Below, one piece after another: positions 28,201 to 36,462 of a stretch of DNA of 64,000 nt. The translations under genes were made by a program, and so were the position numbers. Every line of letters begins with the position of its first letter. The stretch's first letter is position 1. Location: NCBI GenBank assembly GCA_016779995.1, contig JADHMO010000001.1:283411-347410 (forward strand), read 5' to 3'. The notes under the pieces are model-generated. The model saw only the letters and a program-made list of their open reading frames with translations, had not been told where the DNA came from and searched no databases. The DNA is from Flavobacteriales bacterium. GTDB taxonomy: Bacteria; Bacteroidota; Bacteroidia; Flavobacteriales; UBA7312.

Positions 28201-28514
28201 AAGTTGCTAAAGCGTTCTATGGCCTAACAATTGAAGCACTTATTGACAAAGTACAAGATTCAGTTGTAAGAAGAGAAGTTGCCGTTCAATCGGCTTTACG
28301 TATAGATGATTTGATAAGAGAATCGGTATTGGATACAGAAAAACCGATTATTGATTGGCAACAGAAATCCAATATCACAGGCAAGTTACTTATTGAAATA
28401 GGAGATTACCTTATTGATGAGGTTAGAGATAAATACAACGTTTCATTGACTTTTGGTGAGATGGATCAAATAGCCAACAACTTTATTGAAGTTGCAAAAC
28501 TGCGCTACAAATGA
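25278..28514 (+). CDS. hsdR: type I restriction enzyme R subunit (helicase/endonuclease)
   Basis: 1078 aa. It has a PD-(D/E)xK nuclease motif (PDLVLFVNGIPISIIECK), Walker A motif QGSGKS, and DEAH-like VDEGHRSQ. An alternative ATG at 25290 lies 1 nt after the kinase stop. Confidence 0.95.
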   Translation: MQVNMDTPSFKEDHISQIPALQLLQNLGYKYLTPDEAMQYRGGKATQVILEDILRKQLKEINSIKIGSKREERFSSGNIEMGIRALKELPMNEGYINACETTYNLLTLGKALEQSIDGDKKSHTLRYVDWENIENNVFHVTEEYSVMRSTSKDHYRPDLVLFVNGIPISIIECKRPDMKEPLKQAISQHLRNQQADGIRGLYVYSQLSLSIATQEASYATNATPEKFWSKWQEKFDSESEENEYNRKLLELKNQPLSTDEKDKLFSDRFRYVRQYFDALEKEEILPTIQDQYLYGLCRPERLMDLIFNFILFDNGTKKVARYQQYFAIKKSTKRIQHLEGGSRQGGVIWHTQGSGKSLTMVMLAQAIAMDKSIRNPKIILVTDRTDLDRQITGTFRKCGRFVENASTGQRLVELLESKSDAVLTTIINKFVAAMKKIRKPLDSHDIFVLVDEGHRSQNGTFNIEMQKTLPNACFIALTGTPLFKKDKSTAAKFGGIIDAYTVDQAVKDKAVVPLLYEGRLAKQTVNASPLDTFFEMVSEPLTEYQKADFKKKFSRADQLNSAEQKIYAVAWNISLHFKENWQGTPFKAQLVCDKKINAVRYKEFLDEIGIVTSEVLISAPDDREGEDSAFGKSPEKVNQFWKRMLDEHGNSKTYEKNVISRFQNQENPEIIIVVDKLLTGFDEPKNTVLYLTRNLHSHKLLQAIARVNRVYPDKEFGYIIDYYGVIENLDDALTMYSSFEDFDADDLEGTLINISEEIQKLPQKYSELWDIFKTIANKRDAEAYQLLLKDKAIRVVFYDKLAAFAKGLKLALSTMQFHKEVDEKTIDRYKEDLAMFMKLRMAVVERYSDTIDYKQYEGQIQKLIDTHITTEKVEVITELVNIFDKEKFQQEVENTTGKAAKADKIASRTAKHISEKMDEDPAFYKKFSQMLSETIAEYEEKRINEAQYLSKVQEIMENVLAHTDSDIPESLQQREVAKAFYGLTIEALIDKVQDSVVRREVAVQSALRIDDLIRESVLDTEKPIIDWQQKSNITGKLLIEIGDYLIDEVRDKYNVSLTFGEMDQIANNFIEVAKLRYK

Positions 28515-29209
28515 TGATGGCTTCTATTCAATTCGGCTCAAAACAAATTGACTATCAGATTGAATATTCTGTTCGAAAGACTTTGGGAATTACTGTCACT
28601 CCAGACATGGACGTTTTAGTTAAAGCTCCAAAAGATAGCCCTATTTCAAAAATTGAAGAAAATCTTCAGAAGAAAGCTCCCTGGATAATTAAACAACAAA
28701 GTTTCTTCTTGGCCTATCATCCTAAAACAACTGAAAGGAAGTATATCTCAGGAGAAACACATTTATATCTCGGTAGACAATACCTACTTAAAGTGGAAGA
28801 AGAAAAAATAGAATCGGTTAAGCTGAAAGGGAAATACATTCAGGTTAAAACTCCTGATAGGTCAAGAACGAAAAAACTGCTTAATGAATGGTACTTGAAT
28901 CATGCCAAGTCAAAATTCTATTCAACCGCACTCCCTCTGATTGAAAAATTCAAGAAATACAATGTTGAACCAAGTTCCATTGTTCTACGGGAAATGCCGA
29001 CACGCTGGGGAAGCTGTACACCTAAAGGCAAAATCATTTTAAATCCTGAATTGATTAAAGCTCCAAAGGGTTGCATCGAATATGTCATCATACATGAATT
29101 GTGTCATTTGATTCATCACGATCACACAAGAAAATTTATCGAATTACAAACGAAAGAAATGAAGGATTGGGAAAAATGGAAAACGAAATTGGAAAAATTG
29201 TTAGCATGA
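28511..29209 (+). CDS. YgjP/DUF45-like (M48-related) zinc metallohydrolase
   Basis: 232 aa with an HExxH motif in IHELCHLIHHDH. It overlaps the hsdR stop as ATGA. Confidence 0.75.
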   Translation: MMMASIQFGSKQIDYQIEYSVRKTLGITVTPDMDVLVKAPKDSPISKIEENLQKKAPWIIKQQSFFLAYHPKTTERKYISGETHLYLGRQYLLKVEEEKIESVKLKGKYIQVKTPDRSRTKKLLNEWYLNHAKSKFYSTALPLIEKFKKYNVEPSSIVLREMPTRWGSCTPKGKIILNPELIKAPKGCIEYVIIHELCHLIHHDHTRKFIELQTKEMKDWEKWKTKLEKLLA

Positions 29210-29391
29210 CTAAGTCAACCCAATTTGCAAGTACATTGCCAAAGCCGCACATGCCCACGCTACGCCCTAAGCTTTGTCAAATAGCTAGCAAAGCCAACCC
29301 GAACAGAATATGTATATTAATAAAAATAAAAAGCCAGCATACAACAACACCTATACGCAATACCCTTCGGGATACTGCGCATAGCCAAACC

Positions 29392-30705
29392 TTATAAAGC
29401 TAAAAGTCCATATAAATCGTAATGGTCAGCGTGGGTTATTTTAACTTGGGCAAAATCACCCATTCTTACGTAAACATCTGAAGCTTTGACTAAAACTTCG
29501 TTATCAACATCTGGAGAGTCAAATTCTGTTCTGCCAATAAAGTACTCCCCTTCTTTTCTATCAAACAGTACTTTGAAGGTCTGACCTACTTTTTCTTGAT
29601 TCAAACGGTATGAGATATCGCTTTGCAATTCCATTATCTCCTCAGCCCTTTGGTGTTTTACTTCTTCTGGCACATCATCTTCTAACAAATGAGCATGTGT
29701 GTTTTCTTCGTGTGAGTATGTAAATACACCCAACCGGTCAAAAGCGGTATCGTTTACCCATTGTTTGAGCTCTTGAAAATCTTCTTCAGTTTCACCCGGA
29801 TAACCTACAATTAAAGATGTACGGATAGCTATTCCCGGAACTTCTTGCCTAAACTTGCGCAACAAAGCATCGGTTTTTTCATGAGTAGTGCCTCTACGCA
29901 TAGATTTCAATACAGCATCACTAATGTGTTGCAAAGGAATGTCAATATAATTGCACACCTTAGGGTTGGTTCTAATGACTTCTAAGACATCTTCTGGAAA
30001 ACCTGTTGGGAAAGCGTAGTGCAAACGTATCCACTCTATTCCTTCCACTTCTGATAATGCCCTCAATAAATCAGCTAAACGTCTTGATTTGTACAAATCC
30101 AATCCGTAATAAGTCAAATCTTGAGCAATAAGAATAAGCTCTTTAACGCCGTCCTTAGCTAATTTTGTAGCCTCTGTAACTAAATCCTCCATAGACTTAG
30201 ACTTGTGCTTACCTCTCATCAAAGGAATGGCACAAAAGGAACAAGGACGGTCACAACCTTCTGCTATCTTTAAAAAAGCATAGTGCTTAGGCGTTGTTGT
30301 TAAACGCTCACCTATAAGCTCATGCTTATAATCTGCTCCTAATGCTTGTAATAATTTAGGTAAATCAGTCGTCCCAAAATATTCGTCTACATTAGGAATT
30401 TCCTTTTCTAAATCGGGCTTGTAGCGTTCGGACAAACAACCAGTAACAAATAACTTGTCTATTTTACCATCAGACTTTCGTTCTGCTTGTTCAATAATAG
30501 TATTAATAGACTCTTCTTTGGCGTTGTCAATAAAGCCACAGGTATTGATAACCACAACATTAGCATCATCTTTATCCGATTCATGCTCCACATCCATATC
30601 ATTGGCTTTCAATTGCCCCATCAACACTTCTGAATCGTAAATATTTTTGGAACACCCTAGAGTGATAACATTGATTTTATTATTCTTTAACGACTTTGTT
30701 CTCAT
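29392..30705 (-). CDS. rimO: ribosomal protein S12 methylthiotransferase RimO
   Basis: 437 aa. It has an N-terminal UPF0004 domain (ITLGCSKN), the radical-SAM motif CDRPCSFC, and a TRAM C-terminus. Confidence 0.9.
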   Translation of the reverse strand: MRTKSLKNNKINVITLGCSKNIYDSEVLMGQLKANDMDVEHESDKDDANVVVINTCGFIDNAKEESINTIIEQAERKSDGKIDKLFVTGCLSERYKPDLEKEIPNVDEYFGTTDLPKLLQALGADYKHELIGERLTTTPKHYAFLKIAEGCDRPCSFCAIPLMRGKHKSKSMEDLVTEATKLAKDGVKELILIAQDLTYYGLDLYKSRRLADLLRALSEVEGIEWIRLHYAFPTGFPEDVLEVIRTNPKVCNYIDIPLQHISDAVLKSMRRGTTHEKTDALLRKFRQEVPGIAIRTSLIVGYPGETEEDFQELKQWVNDTAFDRLGVFTYSHEENTHAHLLEDDVPEEVKHQRAEEIMELQSDISYRLNQEKVGQTFKVLFDRKEGEYFIGRTEFDSPDVDNEVLVKASDVYVRMGDFAQVKITHADHYDLYGLLAL

Positions 30706-30706
30706 A

Positions 30707-31657
30707 TTAGTTGAATAAAGAATCTACAAACTCTTTCATATTGAATACTTGTAAATCTTCAATTCCCTCACCAACACCGATGTAGCGAACGGGAATTTTG
30801 AATTGGTCAGATATACCAATGACTACGCCACCTTTGGCTGTACCATCTAATTTACTAAGAGCCAAAGAGTCCACTTTAGTTGCTAAAGTAAATTGCTTGG
30901 CTTGTTCTATTGCATTTTGCCCCGTAGAAGCATCTAAAACTAACATTACATCGTGAGGAGCATCAGGAATGACTTTAGACATGACGTTTCTAATCTTAGT
31001 CAACTCATTCATAAGATTGACTTTATTGTGTAAACGACCTGCCGTATCAATAATAACCACATCAGCCCCTTTATTTTTAGCCGACTGAACAGTATCAAAA
31101 GCTACTGATGCAGGGTCAGAGCCCATCTCTTGTTTTACGATATCTACTCCTACTCTTTCAGACCAAATAACCAATTGGTCAACGGCAGCTGCTCTAAACG
31201 TATCCGCCGCTCCAAGTACTACCTTTTTACCAGCTTGTTTGAATTGATGAGCTAATTTTCCAATGGTAGTAGTTTTACCCACTCCATTCACTCCTACCAC
31301 CATAATGACATAGGGTCCGTCAGTTTGAGGAACTACAAATTCTACCTCATCCGAATTATTACTTTCTTCAAGTAAAAGACTCATTTCCTCTTTAAGAAAG
31401 GTGTTCAACTCTTTAGCGTCAAGGTATTTGTCCTTCGCTACCCTTTCTTCTAGTCTTTCAATAATTTTTAGAGTCGTTTCAACACCAATATCGGAAGTAA
31501 TTAAGGCTTCTTCAATGTCATCTAGAGCATCTTCATCAACTTTAGACTTACCTCCAACAGCACGAGAAAGTTTTCCGAAAACATTTTCTTTAGTCTTTTC
31601 TAAACCTTTGTCTAGCTTGTCTTTTTTATCTTTTGAAAAAAAACCAAATATTCCCAT
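30707..31657 (-). CDS. ftsY: signal recognition particle receptor FtsY
   Basis: It has [15 protein letters not shown] and DTAGR motifs. The start is moved to [12 protein letters not shown] (31657), because the 17-codon 5' extension in the ORF track looks spurious. Confidence 0.9.
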   Translation of the reverse strand: MGIFGFFSKDKKDKLDKGLEKTKENVFGKLSRAVGGKSKVDEDALDDIEEALITSDIGVETTLKIIERLEERVAKDKYLDAKELNTFLKEEMSLLLEESNNSDEVEFVVPQTDGPYVIMVVGVNGVGKTTTIGKLAHQFKQAGKKVVLGAADTFRAAAVDQLVIWSERVGVDIVKQEMGSDPASVAFDTVQSAKNKGADVVIIDTAGRLHNKVNLMNELTKIRNVMSKVIPDAPHDVMLVLDASTGQNAIEQAKQFTLATKVDSLALSKLDGTAKGGVVIGISDQFKIPVRYIGVGEGIEDLQVFNMKEFVDSLFN

Positions 31658-31733
31658 AGTTAATGATGTGTTTCTAAACAGAAAAAGCTCCTTTTTCAAG
31701 AAGCTCAAATCTGTTAAATTATAAAGTTAAGGC

Positions 31734-31889
31734 TTACTTTTTAGCCAAATATTCGTTCACTTTATCCTGTGGAACGATTTCTGATTTAAAACCATAAGAA
31801 CCCGTCTTCTCAGACTTGGTCATCTTAATTACTTTTGTAAAATCTTTTGCTCCTCTTTTCTGTAAAGATGCTACTGCCTTCTTTGCCAT
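31734..31889 (-). CDS. small conserved protein (DUF4295-like) downstream of rpmG, below the ORF-track length cutoff
   Basis: Hand translation gives MAKKAVASLQKRGAKDFTKVIKMTKSEKTGSYGFKSEIVPQDKVNEYLAKK (51 aa). It occupies the usual rpmG-DUF4295-ftsY position seen in Bacteroidetes. Confidence 0.7.
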   Translation of the reverse strand: MAKKAVASLQKRGAKDFTKVIKMTKSEKTGSYGFKSEIVPQDKVNEYLAKK

Positions 31890-31910
31890 AGTATATCAGC
31901 TTTTAATTGC

Positions 31911-32093
31911 TTACTTAATTTCTTTATGCACCGTCATTTTCTTTAGAATAGGATTGAATTTTTTCAATTCCATTCTATCTGGTGTATTCTTTTTGTTCTT
32001 AGTAGTAACGTAACGAGAAGTACCTGGCTGACCAGATGCTTTATGCTCTGTACATTCTAATATCACTTGAACTCTATTTCCTTTCTTAGCCAT
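31911..32093 (-). CDS. rpmG: 50S ribosomal protein L33
   Basis: 60 aa: [18 protein letters not shown]...[21 protein letters not shown]. Confidence 0.95.
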   Translation of the reverse strand: MAKKGNRVQVILECTEHKASGQPGTSRYVTTKNKKNTPDRMELKKFNPILKKMTVHKEIK

Positions 32094-32115
32094 TTGCTTA
32101 AAAATTATTGGGTTG

Positions 32116-32123
32116 CAAATTTA
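32116..32123 (-). promoter_or_regulatory. -7 box TAAATTTG upstream of rpmG, followed by a leader GCAACCCAATAATT shared with rpmB
   Basis: The reverse complement of caaattta matches TAnnTTTG, 22 nt from the ATG. Confidence 0.5.
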
Positions 32124-32148
32124 ATTAAACTATTGTTATCTACAAATA

Positions 32149-33786
32149 CTATTGAAGCTTTTTAACATCTATCATAAATAAATGATTAGCTATCTGAAAA
32201 TCCTTCTTCCAAATGGATAAATCCAACTCTTTCCATTCACTTTTAGGATAAATCCAATCAAATACACCCTTTTCTAATGTCACTTTTAAAGGCATATCAA
32301 AGCCATCAATAGCGTTCCACTTGTATTTTAAGGTTTTTCGCTTACCCCAACCAGATAATTTATATTCAAATTGAGGCAATTTTGGCGTATATAAATACTG
32401 CTCATATAATTTATCAAAATTACGAGCACTTTTTTCATTAATATAATCTAGAACTTCTCTACCATCTACGGTTTGGTGTTTAAAATGATTAGTCATAGAT
32501 TTTAATAAATCAAACCATAAGGTATCGTTATCAACAACACTTCTCAAAGTATGTATAAAAGCACTTCCCTTAGCATACATATCACCACTACCCTTATGAT
32601 GCACATCCGGAGTTCCTACTATTGCTCGTCTATTTTGAGCCATAGACATCTGATTTTTCACATATTCTATCATAGCATCGTAACCATAGGTACATTCTAC
32701 AAATAAAACTTCAGAATAAGTGCAGAAGGTCTCTTGTATCCACATATCAGAAATGTCATTTGCCGTAATACTATTGCCCCACCACTCGTGAGCACTTTCG
32801 TGAACAACGATAAAATCAAAACCCAAACCAGCCGTAAAACGTGTATTGCCTAAATAACCTAGTCTAAACTTATTACCATACGCAATAGCACTCTGGTGTT
32901 CCATCCCTAAATATGGTGTTTCGACCAAAGCAAAACCATCATTCCAAAAAGGGTATGGCCCCAAATATTTTTCAAAACAATCAAGCATAGGCTTAACGAC
33001 CTCAAATTGCTCTTTGGCTTTCTCAAGGTTATAAGGCAGTACGTAGTAATCCAAATCTAGTGTATCAGTACCACTTATATACTTGTCCCCAAAATGAACA
33101 TAATTACCAATATTTAGAGTTACATCATAATTGTTGATTGGATAGGACACAAACCAATGGTATGTGTTATATAACTTTGTGGACTTGCGTAAATCATGAA
33201 AACGCATATTGCCATTTGAAATGCATTGCAAACCTGCTGGAACTTGACAGCTAATAAGCATACTATCTGGCTCATCGGATTGATGGTCTTTATTGGGCCA
33301 CCACGAACTAGCTCCTAAACCCTGACAAGATACGCCCACCCAATCATTACCATTAGCGTCTTTATCCCATGAAAAACCGCCGTCCCAAGGTGGATTGACA
33401 GCTACTCTTGGATTACCAGCGTAATATACCCTTATGAAGGTCTTTTCTCCGCTTTTTACAAGCCTATCAAAATTCACGAAAACAGCGTTAAATTCTCGAG
33501 AATATTCTTGTGCTCTGCCTTCAAACTGAATTTCAGAAATTTTCATGTTCTCAAATAAATCAATTTGAATAAGTTCAAAATCAGACTGAGCCTCAAAATG
33601 TATTTCAGAATAACCTTTAATGAATTTTTCTTTTGGGTCAACAGAGATTTTTAGATGATAATAACTAACATCATAACATAGCCTTTCTGGAGATAGATAA
33701 CCTCTGAGACTATCTTTTCTACCAAATTCTTGGGAATAGGAAAATAAGGGTTGAAAAAAAATAAATAATAAAATGAGTTTTTTCAT
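32149..33786 (-). CDS. M1-family zinc metallopeptidase (aminopeptidase N-like)
   Basis: 545 aa with a signal peptide. It has the HESAHEWWGN motif followed by Glu 18 residues on (HExxH-X18-E). Confidence 0.85.
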   Translation of the reverse strand: MKKLILLFIFFQPLFSYSQEFGRKDSLRGYLSPERLCYDVSYYHLKISVDPKEKFIKGYSEIHFEAQSDFELIQIDLFENMKISEIQFEGRAQEYSREFNAVFVNFDRLVKSGEKTFIRVYYAGNPRVAVNPPWDGGFSWDKDANGNDWVGVSCQGLGASSWWPNKDHQSDEPDSMLISCQVPAGLQCISNGNMRFHDLRKSTKLYNTYHWFVSYPINNYDVTLNIGNYVHFGDKYISGTDTLDLDYYVLPYNLEKAKEQFEVVKPMLDCFEKYLGPYPFWNDGFALVETPYLGMEHQSAIAYGNKFRLGYLGNTRFTAGLGFDFIVVHESAHEWWGNSITANDISDMWIQETFCTYSEVLFVECTYGYDAMIEYVKNQMSMAQNRRAIVGTPDVHHKGSGDMYAKGSAFIHTLRSVVDNDTLWFDLLKSMTNHFKHQTVDGREVLDYINEKSARNFDKLYEQYLYTPKLPQFEYKLSGWGKRKTLKYKWNAIDGFDMPLKVTLEKGVFDWIYPKSEWKELDLSIWKKDFQIANHLFMIDVKKLQ

Positions 33787-33803
33787 AGTCTTTTAGTATC
33801 AAT

Positions 33804-34415
33804 TTATTCGATAAGAGTAAGCGTTAAAGTACAATTTTCTGTTAAAAGAGTAACGGTTGCCGTAATATTAATTAGGGCTGTAGTTTCTGACTGCAGAAAA
33901 CCTGTTCCTGATATTTGAGTAAATCCTGTCGGATCTTCACCACTAACAGAAATATTACCATTATTATCGATAGTGCCTTCTAGAGTAAATAGACCAAAAT
34001 CTACTACTAAATCACCTTCATTTTCACCTTCTTCAATAGTGATTTCACTAGCACCAACATCTATAAGTTGAGACATTATAAAACCGTCACAATTAGACTC
34101 AACCGCCCAATTATTTACCATTAATTGAGACGCATATACACAACTTCCATCATCAATAGTTGCTTCAGAGTCAAAATTGAAAGCTAACTCATCTGTACAT
34201 CCATAGCAAGAGTAGTTGCACGATTCGTTATCGACATTGGCTAAATTGTTATAGTTACAAGCCGTATCTACCATACAACCAAAAACAGTTTCAACATTAT
34301 TGCCTCCTCCATTTGGATTAATATCATTATTGATGTTATCATCTTCTTTTTTACAAGAGGCAATTACTAGAGAAGTTAAAATACAAATTGCTAAAATTCT
34401 AAAGCTAAATTTCAT
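33804..34415 (-). CDS. hypothetical lipoprotein with Cys-rich ACNY/DDGSC motifs
   Basis: 203 aa with the lipobox IASC. It has two Cys-rich motifs (TACNYNNLANVDNESCNY and CTDELAFNFDSEATIDDGSCVY). Confidence 0.55.
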   Translation of the reverse strand: MKFSFRILAICILTSLVIASCKKEDDNINNDINPNGGGNNVETVFGCMVDTACNYNNLANVDNESCNYSCYGCTDELAFNFDSEATIDDGSCVYASQLMVNNWAVESNCDGFIMSQLIDVGASEITIEEGENEGDLVVDFGLFTLEGTIDNNGNISVSGEDPTGFTQISGTGFLQSETTALINITATVTLLTENCTLTLTLIE

Positions 34416-34434
34416 AAATGTTGAATGTTAGGTT

Positions 34435-34465
34435 AAAAAAAAAGTTGTTACCAAATGTAACAACT
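34435..34465 (-). terminator. rho-independent terminator of rpmB
   Basis: 9-bp stem agttgttac/gtaacaact with a 5-nt loop, followed on the minus strand by a run of nine T. Confidence 0.75.
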
Positions 34466-34493
34466 TTATTTTAAATCTATAATGTATTGTTTT

Positions 34494-34733
34494 TTACAAC
34501 AATATGTTATCGTTTTCTAATGCTTTTTTCAATACAGAAGTGATACCGTTTTTATCGATAGTTCTTAAGGCACTAGCAGAAACCTTTAAAGTAACCCACT
34601 CACCAGATTCAGGAATAAAAAACTTTTTAGTTTGTAAGTTTGGATAAAACTTTCTCTTAGTCTTTCTGTTAGAGTGAGAAACATTGTTTCCAACCATTAC
34701 TTTTTTGCCCGTTATGTCGCAAATTCTTGCCAT
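34494..34733 (-). CDS. rpmB: 50S ribosomal protein L28
   Basis: 79 aa: [34 protein letters not shown]. Confidence 0.95.
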   Translation of the reverse strand: MARICDITGKKVMVGNNVSHSNRKTKRKFYPNLQTKKFFIPESGEWVTLKVSASALRTIDKNGITSVLKKALENDNILL

Positions 34734-34761
34734 CTCTATATTGTTTAATTATTTTGGGTTG

Positions 34762-34769
34762 CAAATATA
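34762..34769 (-). promoter_or_regulatory. -7 box TATATTTG upstream of rpmB, followed by a leader GCAACCCAAAATAATT
   Basis: The reverse complement of caaatata matches TAnnTTTG, 28 nt from the ATG. Confidence 0.5.
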
Positions 34770-34796
34770 AACTTATTTATTAAAAAAACTACCCTT

Positions 34797-36029
34797 TTAT
34801 TTTTCTGCTACACTAATCAAAAAATTGAGTGCTGCATTTGACGCTCTAATGATATTTGTATCTCTATCAGTATTGTATGCTATTGTCTGAGAATATACAT
34901 TTAAAGGTGTGGCAACTGCTATACAAATTGTACCTCCTTTTACACCCTCACTGTCGTTCAATTCTGCTAATCCTGAGGTAGATATTGCAAAATCACTGTT
35001 GAATAATTTTTGAGAACATTGTGCCATTTCTCTAACAACTTCCTCGCTAACAACTCCATATTTAGAAATTGTTTCAGCTTTTACACCAAGAATATCTTCT
35101 TTAATAGCTTTGGAATAAGCTACCACAGAGCCATTGAAATAGGAAGAACTGCCTGAAACAGAAGTTATCATCTTAGCAATATTACCACCAGTACAACTTT
35201 CAGCTGCTGAAAGAGTAGAATTGGTATCTTTCATTATTTGCCCAACGACTTCTTCATTCAAACGCATTTGATATTTTGAAAAATAAGGGCCTATTAAAGA
35301 TTTTAGAGTACTAATATTTTTGTTTATCAGATTTTCCAAATACTGTCTGTCCGAACCTCTAGCCGTAAATCGTAACATCAAACAACTGGCAGAGGGCAAA
35401 TAAGCCAATTTTATTTCTTGAGGTAAATCATTCTCCCAGTCAACAATTAGCTCTGCTAAATGAGATTCAATAATTCCTCTAGTATAAACTGTTTTATGTA
35501 CAATTTCCAATAGATTAAATTGTTCCTTAAGTTTATGTAGGACTAATTGCATCATGGACTTCATCTCATAAGGAACACCGGGCATTGAAACGACTATTTT
35601 ACCATCATGTTCAAACCACATTCCTGGTGCTGTTCCTTTTCTGTTTCTAATGACTTTGCATTTAGAAGGCACAAAAGCTTGTGATTCTGTAAACTTATTT
35701 ATAGTTCTTTTTCTCAACTCAAAATATTCTGTAATATCATCTAATACGGTTTGACTTAAAATCAATTCATCGTGGAAATATTCACAAAGTGTTTGCTTTG
35801 TGATATCGTCTTTAGTAGGACCTAAACCACCAGTAATCAAAACTATGTCTGAACGTTCAAGAGATTGAGAAAGTGAAGAGATAATGTGGTCTTTTTTATC
35901 TGAAATGGCACTTATTTCTACAACATGTACTCCATTTTTTTCCAAAAAATCCCCCATCCACGCGGAATTGGTATCAATGGTTTGACCAATCAATATCTCA
36001 TCACCAATGGTAATAATATCTGCTTTCAT
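34797..36029 (-). CDS. cinA: competence/damage-inducible protein CinA (MoCF-binding domain plus nicotinamide-nucleotide amidase domain)
   Basis: 410 aa. The N-terminus is ADIITIGDEILIGQTIDTNS, and the C-terminus is PncC-like (ESCTGG). Confidence 0.9.
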   Translation of the reverse strand: MKADIITIGDEILIGQTIDTNSAWMGDFLEKNGVHVVEISAISDKKDHIISSLSQSLERSDIVLITGGLGPTKDDITKQTLCEYFHDELILSQTVLDDITEYFELRKRTINKFTESQAFVPSKCKVIRNRKGTAPGMWFEHDGKIVVSMPGVPYEMKSMMQLVLHKLKEQFNLLEIVHKTVYTRGIIESHLAELIVDWENDLPQEIKLAYLPSASCLMLRFTARGSDRQYLENLINKNISTLKSLIGPYFSKYQMRLNEEVVGQIMKDTNSTLSAAESCTGGNIAKMITSVSGSSSYFNGSVVAYSKAIKEDILGVKAETISKYGVVSEEVVREMAQCSQKLFNSDFAISTSGLAELNDSEGVKGGTICIAVATPLNVYSQTIAYNTDRDTNIIRASNAALNFLISVAEK

Positions 36030-36053
36030 ATAGAGGAGCTAAGCAGAAACTAA

Positions 36054-36452
36054 TTACTCAATAATGTAAAAAGTGTTTTTCTGAGAAGTTTCCTCACCAT
36101 CAACATCTTGCAAAGTAATTGTTAGCTCATATCTACCAGGCTCTAAATCTGGATAAGGCAAAGCGATTTGAAGAGTGTCTTTTACAGAGGTTCCGCTAAG
36201 ATTATAATCTTTCTCGTAATTCCAAGGAGCTGATTGTAATCTTGCATCTACAAAATTATCAAGAACAGAAACTCTAAATTGATTCAAACCATTATCATCA
36301 GAAAATTCATAGATAAACTCTAAAACAGCACCGTCTGCTTTTTGAATGTTAGTGTTTACAATAGTTAATGAGTTAATAGTTGGAGCATCATTATCAGGCT
36401 GACATGATGCCATAAGAATCAACACAATGGATAAAGCGAAAAAATTTTTCAT
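36054..36452 (-). CDS. hypothetical small lipoprotein
   Basis: 132 aa with the lipobox MASC. No recognisable catalytic motif. Confidence 0.5.
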   Translation of the reverse strand: MKNFFALSIVLILMASCQPDNDAPTINSLTIVNTNIQKADGAVLEFIYEFSDDNGLNQFRVSVLDNFVDARLQSAPWNYEKDYNLSGTSVKDTLQIALPYPDLEPGRYELTITLQDVDGEETSQKNTFYIIE

Positions 36453-36462
36453 AGTAGTAAGT

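Noticed and set aside
29350-29380. Possible terminator hairpin around tacccttcgggatact between the hsd operon and the convergent rimO
   Set aside because: Hand pairing gives only 3 G:C pairs before mismatches and no flanking T-run, so this is not a credible intrinsic terminator.
20003-29391. Integrative mobile element or prophage carrying the R-M system
   Set aside because: No integrase, transposase, excisionase, conjugation or phage structural genes are present, and no adjacent tRNA. Only weak, degenerate flank motifs were seen, and these are reported separately at low interest.
29101-29397. 98-aa plus-strand ORF running from the end of the metalloprotease gene into the downstream intergenic region
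   Set aside because: Its first third is out of frame inside the DUF45 gene and the rest is low-complexity. The region is more likely non-coding flank.
31401-32013. Plus-strand ORFs 31401-31724 and 31816-32013
   Set aside because: They are antisense to ftsY and to the DUF4295/rpmG genes respectively. The minus-strand genes are conserved ribosomal or SRP genes.
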